From contig NIVC01000208.1 in NCBI GenBank assembly GCA_002269645.1, forward strand, positions 62,001-126,000: a stretch of DNA of 64,000 nt. Reading direction: 5' to 3'. Positions 1-12,498 of the stretch are shown here, piece after piece. Position numbers and translations under genes: made by a program. The notes under the pieces are model-generated. The model did no database searches. It was not told the DNA's origin and saw only the letters and a program-made list of their open reading frames with translations. How positions within the stretch are numbered: the first letter of the stretch is position 1; every line of letters starts with the position of its first letter. This stretch comes from Macrostomum lignano. Taxonomy: Eukaryota.

Positions 1-83
1 TGCTATCTGGCCACGGCCGCTCAGTATGAGTACTTTGTGGATAACAAAAACGTCAGAAACAGCCACTACTCGAGCATCATCTA
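1..83 (+). pseudogene. P5a: 3' end of an inverted, truncated PAN-domain gene copy
   Basis: Reads [10 protein letters not shown] then YFVDNKNVRNSHYSSII*, the same as the end of ORF 19309-19563. Confidence 0.8.
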
Positions 84-1930
84 ATAAGTGAGTTTAATCC
101 GAACAAGCAATGCTTATCTTCCGTGCTCTGAAAGCCGTGCCTCCCTGGTAGCATGGATGTATGATTTTTGGCTTTATGCTTTCAGTTCCGGAGATTTCAG
201 TTTCGGAGAGTCGTGCTCTGTAGATTTCATTTCAGCAGAAATGCATACACAAGTCAGCTTCAAAAGTACATGCATCTGATATCAGATAGGGTCAAATTGG
301 TCCCAGCTAGAGCGTCCTTAGATCCGTGCATGTACTTTCAACCAAATATCGCCCCGTTATGTCACTAAGATCCAAGTAAATCTCTCGATGTAGCCTGGGA
401 CATCTTCAAACAGCATGGTGAATAGCATTTAGCTCATATTTCTCACTGTGGATCCCCGACAACAGAAACAGAAGAAGCAGAAGAGGAAATAGGAAAACAA
501 AGAAAAGAAGACAGAGAACCGGGCCGGATTGCTATTGTGAAATTTCAAAGAGCCGAGGGCCGGATATAGAGAAGCTTTGCAGCCCGGAGTTGGCCGACCT
601 TGCATTAGTAAGATAGAAAGTTTTCAGTTTTTAGTTTTAAACTAGCAATCTGCTTGGGAGGCAACAAAGAAAAGAATAAAATTTCTTGAATAGGCTGCGT
701 GTCAGGTTCGAGTTAAGCGCTGCAAAGTCTGCATGCTTTTGGCAGTAGTGTTATTTTATTTCACAAAAGCGACGCTCTGCAGAAATGTTTACCAATGCAG
801 AAAAGACGAACTATATATCTTCTTGGTAGTAATCAAACCAGCTATGAAGTGCTCTATGAAGTAAATCGCTTTGCCAACGAAAAAATCTCTCTGATCGATG
901 GCCGCTTTTTATTAGAAGCAGGGTGCTTGCATTTTCCCATTCCGCCGACTCCCCTGCGCAGGCAGACAAGCGCGTGGAATTGTACCTAGTCATATGAACA
1001 GACACACACACAAGTGTGCAGAAGTAGAATTATCGCTGCTTGTCACGATTGGGTTGTCACCATATTGACATCCGATTGATTTATTGTATTGTTTTATGCT
1101 ATTGTTCAACATTGTGAATAGCTTTCTTGCACGCATTCAAGCTTTGTAGAAAAACATTCAACATGACAGTTTGCGTGGATGCTGCTGAAAACTCCCACTG
1201 GGATTCAATCCTTCAAACTGCAGCGAACTGAAACAATAGGCTGAAAAATCAGAACGCCTGAAGCCTCAGCTGAAATTTGGCAATCGGGAACTACAACAGC
1301 TAGTGAAGCAAAGCTGCTGCCGTGCCAAGTGTTGAAACATTTTAACCACTTTTTTTCACTGAAAGCTTCCTGCATCAATGAAGTTCCCTGTTCACGCGAA
1401 AATATTTTGTTGGCCTCCATAAGAGTTTTTTTAATTTTCCAACAAAAATTCCCAAAGAATTCTGTTCCGCATAAAAGCTGTGTCAGGTTGGTCGGTAATT
1501 TTTCCCTTTTCACTCCTTCGAGCAACATTTTGACGTAATTGACGTCCGCCGGCTCGTCGCTGGCAAATGGGTATTTTTACAAATGCCGACAGATAACGAC
1601 GTTATACAGCGGCTCAAGGTTCAGCGAAATGCAGAAGTTCTCATTTACCAGCAACTTTGTTTAGCCGTCAAAAATGTTGGTCGAATTCGCCAACATTGAA
1701 TTGGGTTGCCATATTTTTGAACAATGCGATATAACGACACCAACTCGACTTCCCATGGCTACGTCGAGCATATATTTAATATTTCTGACCGTTTTAAACA
1801 ATCTATCCAGTCATGAAATTGATTCGACGGTGACTGTATATTAAATTCTCCCAATGCAACTGACCCAATGGAAAACGGATAACAAAAGTCTAATCAACCG
1901 AACATAGAACCTTATTGTCTGCGACGAAAG

Positions 1931-3085
1931 TCAAGGGCATGTGCCAGCGGACCAGCTTGTACCGGGAGAGCACTGCCTCTGAATGTACTTAAAGTTGGAG
2001 CATTGCATATAATGAACATCACTGCTGCAATGCTGCTGGTATTCGCCTTCGATCCCGCAGTATTGATCTGCTGATGCGCACGCAGTGCTGCTTGCTGAAG
2101 CAGTGGTTGAGACTGGAGCAGTGGTTGAGACTGGAGCAGTGGTTGAGGCTGAAGCAGTGCTTGAGGCTGGAGCAGTGGTTAAGACTGGAGCAGTGGTTGA
2201 GGCTGAAGCAGTGCTTGAGGCTGGAGCAGTGGTTGGGGCTGAAGCAGTGGCGGTGATTAAGGCTGGAGCAGTGGTTGAGGCTGGAGCAGTGGTTGAGGCT
2301 GGCGCAGTGGATGAGACGGGAGCAGTGGTTGAGGCTGGAGCAGTGGCGGTGGTTGAGGCTGGAGCAGTTGTTGAGGCTGGAGCAGTGGCAGTGGTTGAGG
2401 CTGGAGCAGTGGCAGTGGTTGAGGCTGGAGCAGTGGCAGTGGTTGAGGCTGGAGCAGTGGCAGTGGTTGAGGCTGGAGCAGTGGCAGTGGTTGAGGCTGG
2501 AGCAGTGGCGGTGCTTGAGGCTGGAGCAGTGGTGGAGACAGAGTCAGTCTCAGCACTTTTTCCCTCAGTAGTGGTGGATAGAAGCCGACCCTCAACGACC
2601 TAAAAAAAGAGCGGCATTGGCTTGAAGCGTATCGAGTTTTATCTTTGTTTAATAGACATTGCTTTATACAAGTTGTTCTAGGAAATTTCAATCCAATAAT
2701 TTTTGCATTCGCTCAGTCTGCAGTTTTGATTGTTATGTTGCCCCATTTGCCTCAAATCACCTAAAAACAATTTTTAATCACAAAGCAAGATAGACCGACT
2801 GACCTCGCTGACGCAGTCCAGGGGTCTCCACAGCGCCTCATACTGAGCGGCAGTGGCCAGATAGCAAGTGCCGTCTCGCTTGAACACGGCGGTGCAGTTG
2901 GGTCGCACTGCGCACTCCACAGAGCAGACGCGAGGGTCTCGAACTCCGTTAACCCGAAACAGGTCGGTCAGGTTTCCGGGGCAACCCGAGACGACGCGGA
3001 AGCGGACGCAGACTCCGGACGCGACGGACAGCAGGCTGAGCAGGCAAGAGGCCACAGACAGCATTCTGTGATGTGGCAGGTGCAT
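1931..3085 (-). CDS. P1a: secreted PAN/Apple - mucin stalk - 5-Cys module protein, about 316 aa; exons 2804-3085 and 1931-2599
   Basis: Signal peptide (..SCLLSLLSVASG). PAN-like Cys pattern CSVECAVRPNCTAVF..TCYL. Donor GAG/GTCAGT at 2803, acceptor TTTTTAG/GTC at 2600, phase 0. Exon 2 is 669 nt and open: VVEGRLLSTT..(STTATAPA)n..CASADQYCGIEGEYQQHCSSDVHYMQCSNFKYIQRQCSPGTSWSAGTCP*. Start could be the second Met (MLSVA). Confidence 0.85.
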
Positions 3086-4113
3086 CTTCTGAGATGTAAG
3101 GATTGAACTTTCGGTATGAATGGAGGCGGAGTTTTTAGAAGAGCTAATTAGATTTTTAATTTAATTAACGTGTGTTTAATGTGTCGGCTGCTTCTTGTGT
3201 GTCGATGGAATTGAAGAAAAATGTGTCCACATTATGCTTTAAGCGAAAAACCTCAGTACCATTTTAGCTTTTTGATTGGCGTTTTACCGAGCAAAAGTTC
3301 TACGATTGGCTAAGGTTTGCGGACTTTCCGTTAGAGTACCAAAATCTCTTGTATGTTCTATTTGAATCAATTTCTTGTATTTAATCGGCAGTTCTTAATG
3401 CCTGCTTTTCTTGATATTTTTATGGCAGGATGGTAAACGGGCTCAAACGATGCCACGCATTGGTACTTCTGGTAGAGATGGAATATTAGTAATTGGGAAG
3501 GCAAAGTATTGCGTGGTTAATTTTTTTTAAATCTGATAGTTAGGCCGGCTGTCGAATCAGTAGATCGATTCACATTTTTATCAAGCTAATGTTTTTATGT
3601 GAAGTTATGTGAACTATGCAAACTACTGCAGGGAAATTTCCTAGAAAGGAAGCAAATCAGAGCAACTGCGCACGAAACTTGGCCGGGCGGGGGTTTGTCG
3701 TGCGTTTCAAATCAATCAGGACCAATCCCCAAGGCACAGTATTGGCCCGCTTGTAGCTCGGACCACTTCAAATTCTCAAATTCTGTCTTTATTTCAGAAT
3801 TTCGTCTGAAAACTGCTCTCGATTTAATACAATGAAATATTTGTTCTATGTTTAGTTGAGTCATGTCGAAGTTGAAATATCAATCTAGTGCTAAAAAGTG
3901 GTCAGAGAAAATACAGCGAAAAGCGGTTTGAATGCAGTGTAGCCTCCCTTTAATTTGATTTGTCCAGTAGTGTATTGGCTAGAATCAACGACCCAGCTGA
4001 CTTTCTAACTCGTATGAGAGCGTTTGTGAATGAGAATTCTCGTAATTTTTTTCTTTCTTATCCATGTAGAAATATTTTTGTCCATTTCGTGGGCTAGATT
4101 TGTATATGTAGTG

Positions 4114-4378
4114 TGTGGTGCCGGAGCGCTGAGCTCTAGGCACTGGCTAACTAACTAGCTTATGCTATGTACGTGCATCGTACGTGCACACCATTCTTTC
4201 CTCTCCCTTCGCTCTGACTGGCCATCCCCTAAGCCGCCATGTACTTGTACGTAGTTATTTATCATCACGTGACTTTATTTCGGTGTTCTCTCGGCCCTTG
4301 CTCGTGTCATTATATAATAAGCTACTTGCTAGTTAAAATGAACCTTGAGTTTCTTTATGCCAAATTCACGGCACGACA
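4114..4378 (+). repeat. 5' LTR
   Basis: TGTGGTGCC...GGCACGACA; differs from the 3' LTR at two positions that I could see. Confidence 0.95.
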
Positions 4379-4379
4379 A

Positions 4380-4430
4380 TGGCGTCGCAAGCAGGATTCG
4401 AACCTGCGCGGGGAAACCCCATTGGATTTC
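4380..4430 (+). other. Extended primer-binding site: 51-nt complement of the 3' part of mature tRNA-Ser
   Basis: Reverse complement is GAAA TCCAA TGGGGTTTCCCCG C GCAGG TTCGAAT CCTGC TTGCGAC G CCA. This gives part of the anticodon loop, a long variable arm, T arm, acceptor strand, discriminator G and CCA, matching the known animal tRNA-Ser layout. Confidence 0.9.
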
Positions 4431-4437
4431 CTGATGC

Positions 4438-6375
4438 TTCCTGGGGTATCGCATCTCAGCGGATGGAGTTCGGCCAGACAAGAAGCTGGTGGAGAAGATC
4501 CAGAAGGTCAAGCCGCCCACGACGAGGAAGGAGCTGGAGTCGTTTCTGGGGCTCACCAACTATTATGCGCGCTACATCCAGGCCTACTCGGAGAAGATTG
4601 AGCCCTTGACTGCTTTGAGGAGTCAGAAGTCCAGCTTTGTGTGGGGCCTGGAGCAGCAAAAGGCTTTCGAAGACCTCAAGCGAGCCTTGGCGGTGTACCC
4701 GGTTATCCGCATATTCGATCCCAGGAAGCTGACCACCCTGACGACAGATGCCAGCGAGTCCGCAGTATCGGGAATCCTCAGCCAAGACGGCCACCCGGTG
4801 CTGTACCTGTCAAGGCGCCTCTCACCCGCCGAGCGCAACAATTCCAACATCGAGCGGGAGGCTCTGACGGTCGTCTGGGCAACTCAGCGAGCAAAGCACT
4901 TTCTATTGGGCAAGAAATTCCTGCTTCAGTGCGACCACCAGCCACTGGAATTCATCTTCGGACCCAGTCGGGAGCTTCCCAAGGTGACTTCGGCGCGGAT
5001 CATGCGGTGGGCCATTCAGCTTGCCGCGTTCGACTTCGACATCGCCTACGTCAAGGGCAACAGCATCCCTCACGTGGATGCCATGTCCCGGATGCCATTC
5101 GAGAGCAATGATGACGGCGATTCTAGTGGCGATGGTGGCTTCATCCACTGGACCGAGACTGACCTGTTGAGGCTTGAGGAAATCCGCCAGGGAACAGACA
5201 TCGACCCAGTGCTCAAGAGCATCAAGCGCCGGATCCAGAAGAATGTCTGGTCCAACTGCTCGGCTGCAGAGCGTCCGTTCAAGGCTGTCCGTCATCAGTT
5301 GACGATCGAAGACGGCGTCGTATGCTGCGGAGACCTGCTGGACCCGCCTGCCGCGGTCCGCAGTAAAATGCTGCAAGCGGCTCACGGAGTGACCCACAGC
5401 GGAGCGCTGGCGACGCGAAATCGACTCAAACGCGAAGCATGGTGGCCGGGGCACTGCGATGATGTTGAGCGGTTTGTGAAGCAGTGCGCGACATGTACGA
5501 GGATCCGACCACTGCCCAATCGCACGGTGCACACGTGGCCTACCGAGGAGACGCCTTGGAAGCGGGTGCACATGGACCATGCTCACGTGTCGGGAGTCGG
5601 CCTGATTCTGGTGCTGGTTGATGCTTTCTCTGGCTGGCCGGAAGCCGTGCACGTGGCAGACAAGAGCGCGAGGACGGTGATTCGAGTTCTACGGGCCATC
5701 TTCGCGAGGCAAGGCGTGCCGCACACTCTGGTGTCCGACAACGCACCAGAGTTCCACGATCAGGAGCTTCAAGGCTGGCTGGAGCGGATCGGCTGCAATC
5801 AGCTCTTCACGCCGCCGTACCACCCGCAGTCCAATGGCTGCGCCGAGCGGATGGTGCAGACTGTCAAGCGAGGACTCAAGGCGTTTGCAGCTCATCAAGG
5901 ACCATTTGACGCATACCTGGCCAAGCTCCTGCTGAACTACCGAGCGACTCCACGTAGTGACGGCCGAGGCAGCCCCTCAGCGCTGATGGGTCGGCAGCTG
6001 AGAAGCCCGTTGACGCTGACCTTCGAGACGGACGCCCCGGTCGTTTACCAAGCTCGTCAAAGCGCACAGCCCGAGCTTGCTGAGTTCGTCGTGCAGGCCG
6101 GGCACAACACGGCGATCGTCACCCGGACCGAGTCGGACCGGCCCGTCCTGGCGCACAGGGGCCAGCTTCGCCCACTGCTGGCCGCGGCCGGGTCGGAGGC
6201 CGAAGGAGGCCGTCCGGAGCTCAACGTATCGGAGGCGCCGACCAACGATTCGGGAGAGTCAGCGACTGTTGAGCATCCTCAAGCCGGTGAGCTCGATACG
6301 GCTGATACGGGGCTCAGGAGGAGCCAGCGCGGCAACAAGGGCGTTCCTCCTGACCGCTTGACAGCTCGTTGGTGA
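4438..6375 (+). pseudogene. pol: 5'-truncated gypsy pol (RT thumb, RNase H, integrase), 646 open codons
   Basis: FLGYRISADG RT end; RNase H motifs TDAS, EREAL, CDHQPL; HHCC zinc finger (AHGVTH..CATC); D-D-E core (HMDH, VSDNAPEF, SNGCAER). Confidence 0.9.
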
Positions 6376-6383
6376 TGACGGGA

Positions 6384-6648
6384 TGTGGTGCCGGAGCGCT
6401 GAGCTCTAGGCACTGGCTAACTAACTAGCTTATGCTATGTACGTGCATCGTACGTGCACACCATTCTTTCCTCTCCCTTCGCTCTGACTGGCCATCCCCT
6501 AAGCCGCCATGTACTTGTACGTAGTTATTTATCATCACGTGACTTTATTTCGGTGTTCTCTCGGCCCTTGCTCGTGTCATTATTTAATAAGCTACTTGCT
6601 AGTTAAAATAAACCTTGAGTTTCTTTATGCCAAATTCACGGCACGACA
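6384..6648 (+). repeat. 3' LTR
   Basis: Direct repeat of 4114-4378, preceded by a short, weak purine-rich tract. Confidence 0.95.
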
Positions 6649-7790
6649 TATATGTAGTGTAAATTCAATTTAAGTATATTAAACTTTTCAGGCAAAATGA
6701 CTAGAAATCGTCTACTGAAGAGTAGAAACTATTGACTGTGTCTTTAATATTGCTTTAGTCAATCTCATGTTGGCTGGTATCATGTTTTAGTTTATGGATA
6801 TTCTGCAGATAATTTCCTGCAGACGTTGACCACGGAACAAAAACCAGAGTAATACTGGTCATAGTCCTTCAAAGACAGATCTATTTTTGGAATTTTATAG
6901 GTAAAACTGTAAAATATCAAACAGGCAAACACGACCCTACACCAAGACTGTAATTTTTATCATTGTTTCCATACTTGTAGCATGCAATTACATGTAGAAT
7001 CAAGTCTTCGCAGAGACAAAACGCTTCCTGGTCGATTTAGAAAGCCTCGAAACACCAAGCGACCCGTGAGTCGGCACCAAACGTCGAGGGCATCCAACGA
7101 CAGCTGGATAAGCATTAGTTCCTGATGTGACAAGTGTCCGTCTGGTCATCTCAGAGCAAAAGTCTGTAGTGATGTGCGTGCCAATCGAAATTGAGGTTGC
7201 AGTTTTGCGCTAGGCGCTGATGCACAGGCGACTGAACTTGCAGAGTTTAGAAATATTTAAAAGTAGCATAAATAGCTACTTAATAAAGCATTGGCTTTTT
7301 TATACACAAAAGGAATCAACCTCATGCGCAAGGGAAATGCTGTACCAGTGCATTTTGCTTGAAGCGTGTGTCAACAACTGAAGCGGAAGAGTTTAAATGT
7401 ACTAAACTTGTGACATTTGACTGTCCATCAATCAGTGAATAAATCGATTTTCTTCTATTTTAACAAAAAAGAGACAGGAATGCAGTGAATAGGAGAAAAC
7501 AGCTTAGGGAATTCAACTCAACCATTTTTTATTGACGGCAATTTAAAATCTCGAGTAGCTTCTTATTTGAATTGAGAGAAGCATTCATGACATCATCATT
7601 GCCCACCTCTTTCAAACTTGTGAGAACTAAAGCAAATAAAAAGATGGAAACCAGACATCTCTACAGCAGATGCTATCATCGAAGGTGCATGGTATTTTTC
7701 CTTGAATAAAATTTCGAAAACAAGTTCGGAATTATTCATTTTTGCTGATCACTTGAATCCTGTCGTAGTTAATTTGTAGTTTTCCTTTCA

Positions 7791-8873
<1,083 letters not shown>

Positions 8874-8963
8874 TTTATTTTTATTGTTAAAAAACATTTT
8901 CCTAATTGAATGTCCTAATGCTTTCAACTGAAATTTACCCTAGGCTCGAGCATTTGATAGCAA

Positions 8964-8970
8964 ATTTATA
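8964..8970 (-). promoter_or_regulatory. Possible TATA box of P2a
   Basis: TATAAAT on the minus strand about 90 bp upstream of the ATG, also present in the other two units. The region is AT-rich, so this may be chance. Confidence 0.3.
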
Positions 8971-9544
8971 GGAATAGGATAGCATTGGCAGTATCCAATG
9001 GCTGAAGATGTTTGAGTAAGAAATTCAGCTGACTGCCATTAAGGACGTAGGCTAGATAAGGCTAGATCCTTAAACTTGAATGAGAATATTTTTGTTTGTC
9101 TGAAGTGAGCTTAATAGCCTAGTTTTTATTTACCCTATATGTCACACTAAGTACAATATATTCTATATATAGCATGAATTTCTCGAATGCAAACGAAGAA
9201 AGTAACAGAAAATTCAATTTACATTTGAAAAAGTAGCGCTACATAAAAATTTTTTGCTGTCAGGTAATTAGACAGATTATTAAATTTTGTTAAGCTCAAA
9301 ATTATTATTTAGTAAAATTTTGTAGCCTACCTAACAAATAGGATTGTGGACACTTTTTTGATTATTAACACTGATTAATGTGATTGTTAACCAAGTATTT
9401 GTTTTTTAATATTCATTTAATTAATAATTATTTCATTTACACAATTTAGTTCATAACGAACTAGGTCATAAAAACTCAAACACACAAACTTGTGTCAGTC
9501 GAATTTTTGTTACCTGGAGTTTGTGTCAGTCAGGGTTGTATTAG

Positions 9545-10140
9545 TCGGAGATCCGTTAATCGGAGATTTATCAGTCGGAGATGTGTCAGTCGGAGATGTG
9601 TCAGTCGGAGATGTGTCAGTCGGAGATGTGTCAGGCGGAGATGTGTCAGTCGGAGATGTGTCAGTCGGAGATGTGTCAGCCGGAGATGTGTCAGTCGGAG
9701 ATGTGTCAGTCGGAGATGTGTCAGGCGGAGATGTGTCAGGCGGAGATGTGTCAGGCGGAGATGTGTCAGTCGGAGATTTATCAGTCAGAGATTTATCAGT
9801 CGGAGATGTGTCAGTCGGAGATGTGTCAGCTGGAGATGTGTCAGTCGGAGATGTGTCAGTCGGAGATGTGTCAGTCGGAGATGTGTCAGTCGGAGATGTG
9901 TCAGGCGGAGATGTGTCAGGCGGAGATGTGTCAGTCGGAGATGTGTCAGGCGGAGATGTGTCAGGCGGAGATGTGTCAGGCGGAGATGTGTCAGTCGGAG
10001 ATTTATCAGTCAGAGATTTATCAGTCGGAGATGTGTCAGTCGGAGATGTGTCAGTCGGAGATTTATCAGTCGGAGATGTGTGAGATGTGTCAGCCCAAGT
10101 TGTGTCTGTTTGAATTATGTCAGTCGGAGATTTGTCAGTC
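9545..10140 (-). repeat. 15-bp minisatellite (GTCAGTCGGAGATGT)n; minus strand reads (SPTDT)n, candidate mucin exon 9514-10248
   Basis: About 40 units. The minus-strand frame is open in this copy, with a candidate acceptor CTGTCAG at 10249 and donor CAG/GTAAC at 9513. The repeat itself is certain; coding status is not. Confidence 0.85.
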
Positions 10141-11950
10141 AGAGAGGTGTCGGTTAGAATGGTGTCAGCCAAAGTAATTGTTGTGAAAATCGAAGTAGCA
10201 TGAAGTTGGAACTCAGCCAAAGCAGGCAGCAGGCCAGCAGTTCTGACTCTGACAGAATTTGCATCTTAAGCTCGTATTTTTAGGAAAAAACTTCGTCAAG
10301 AAGTTTGTAGACCTACTGGTTCATTAGGTTTTTTATTGCTGGATAGCAAAGTAGGGTATCACTCATTTGCTCTCAGAGAGGAGCCACTTTAAAAGCGTTT
10401 TGTATCGTTTCTGCATTCTTTGACAGAATTGCGTTGTACAATTTCTCTAATAGTATCAGATAAGTACTGTTTTGCTGCAAGTTAGCCTATACTATATCCG
10501 ATGGAAGCTTCAAGTACAAGCGTACGGAAACCATTATCGGTTTCCTATAGCATGATAAAAGTTTGAAATGTATTTTAAAAAACCGCTCAATAAGTTTGCA
10601 TAACAAATCGTCATTGTCATCATAAATGCATTAGGCTTAGATTATTCTACCCTACCCTACCTAGACAGCAGCCCAGAATGCACTAGACAAATTCTGAAAC
10701 AACAGAATAAGTCTATACAAAATCTGTTCTTTAGAGGAAGAGCCTTCGCTTCGACTTAATCTAAATGTAGCTCCGAGAAGTGCTTACTATAATCTACCTA
10801 AGTGCTTTGTTCGTGATACATGTACCAAGTATTTTCTTTGGAGTTACAAGTTTCTTTAAGTAGAACATCCTCAAAACGCTTGTCGATCGTAATGAAATTC
10901 TTTATAATTGAGAAGTAAGCTCCTTGAACTGCTTGAAGCGCTTTTGAAAGAGACCTATAAATTAATATGATACACTGAATATCGGCGGTAAGAACAGCAC
11001 GAAAATACGGCATCAATGGGTGTTGAGACAAAGACAGCCCCAATGCTTGGGCAGCCAGAAAGCAACCAAGAAAACGTAGAGTGCACGAAGAGAGCTCATA
11101 TCGTTCGGTAAACAATGTATTTATGAAAAAATGACCTAAGCTACACCTATGCAGTTCATTCTCTTCCTATTCATTAAGACTTACTTGACTTTGCTTCAGG
11201 GTGACCAGAAGAGAAAACAACGGGGAGATGGGAGCGCCACATTTTAATAATCCATGAAAAACCAGCTTGCAACAAAGGCGCGTAGCCAGTCAGGGAGGTT
11301 CGGTGAGCCTTCCTTCGGTTTGGTCTTCAGTGCAGTTCTCGGGTACACAGACCTCATCCGAGGACGATCTTTGGTAAAGGCCGGGCATTGGCAGATAATA
11401 TAGTGCTGGGCTCAGTGCTGGACCCCTTTGGATTTAATTCAGAAATGTCTTTTTGATTGAATGAATAAACTAGCTTATTAATATTTCTCTAAATTACAAT
11501 GGCTTTTTAACGTAAACAAACGTTTCAGCAAGCACTCATGCTGCTTTAGCTCGTATACTTTTCACAGATGGCCGGAGTTCTCAGGTAAAAACTCAGGTAA
11601 ATACAGCACTCTGCTTAACTATTGACAAATATGTACGTTGGGCTTAGAAAGTGATTGCGCAGCAACAGTTCCAAACTTTTATGGCAGTAGTTTTGATAGA
11701 AAACGTCAAATAAACTTTGTCTATCTAAACTTCCTGCTTAAATCGATCATGCTGCATAAGAAGTGTTATTTTCTTTTTCCAGGGTTTCGATTATTAGAAA
11801 ACCGCTTTTCCGACACAGACGGCAATGTCACATCGTCGATTTGGTCGTAAAACATCTGTAGTTAAAAGTATATGCCAAATGCGTTTAGCTAAAAAGCCTA
11901 TTTTCAAAAAAAGATTTTCACAAACATTGAAAATTAATTCCGCAGCATAC

Positions 11951-12498
11951 CTTGATGATTTTAGAAGCAGTGGCAGTGGTAGAGGCTGGAGTAGTGGTTG
12001 AGGCTGCAGCAGTTGGGCTGCAGTAGCAGTTAAGGCTGGAGCAGCAGTGGAGGCTGCAGCGGTGGCAGTAGTTGTGGCTCTTGTGGTGGCAAGCTCAGTC
12101 TTAAAACTTGTTGCCTCAGCAGAATTGGAAAGCCGATCGTCAACGACCTAAAACATTCAGTCACATTTGCTAAGGTAAACCGCACAAAACTACGACCTGT
12201 TTCAGATACAAGACAACAGATACCGACTGACCTCGCTGACGCAGTCCAGGGGTCTCCACAGCGCCTCATACTGAGCGGCAGTAGCCAGATAGCAGATGAC
12301 GTCTCGCTTGAACACGGCGGTGCAGTTGGGTCGCACTGCGCACTCCACAGAGCAGACACGAGGGTCTCGGACTCCGTTGACCTGCGACAGGTCGCTCACG
12401 TTTTTGGGGCAACCGGGGACGACGCGGAAGCGGACGCAGACGCCGGACGCGACGGACAGCAGGCTGAGTAAGCAGATGACCATTTTAGGTGACTTCAT
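11951..12498 (-). pseudogene. P3a: PAN gene, exons 12232-12498 and 11951-12147; exon 2 has an apparent 1-nt deletion
   Basis: MKSPKMVICLLSLLSVASG plus PAN domain, 84-bp intron. Exon 2 is 197 nt, with GCAGCC-CAACT where the repeat has GCAGCCTCAACT, and ends at donor AAG/GTATGC. Downstream exons are unresolved. Confidence 0.65.

Larger units (their letters stand above)
4114..6648 (+). mobile_element. Internally deleted Ty3/gypsy LTR retrotransposon (2535 bp)
   Basis: 265-bp LTRs TG..CA at 4114-4378 and 6384-6648, PBS at 4380, and a pol remnant in RT-thumb, RNase H, integrase order. gag, protease and most of RT are absent. Confidence 0.95.

Noticed and set aside
2074-2691. (AVVEAG)n, (LEQWLR)n and (LLQPQP)n ORFs here and at all similar repeats
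   Set aside because: They are shadow frames of the mucin repeat. Only the STTAPA frame connects to splice sites, signal peptide and PAN exon.
4380-4430. Functional tRNA-Ser gene
   Set aside because: Only the 3' part is present, antisense and with encoded CCA, directly after an LTR. It is a primer copy.
4379-4609. 76-aa ORF starting at the LTR/PBS junction
   Set aside because: The ATG is a by-product of the junction and is out of frame with pol.
9490-10177. Plus-strand ORFs (VSVGD)n, (RRCVS)n, (MCQSE)n
   Set aside because: A stop-free 15-bp repeat is open in all frames; there is no independent coding evidence.
10798-11115. 105-aa ORF repeated at 30179-30496
   Set aside because: Identity reflects recent duplication. 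It uses a non-ATG start, has no motif, and is disrupted in unit 3.
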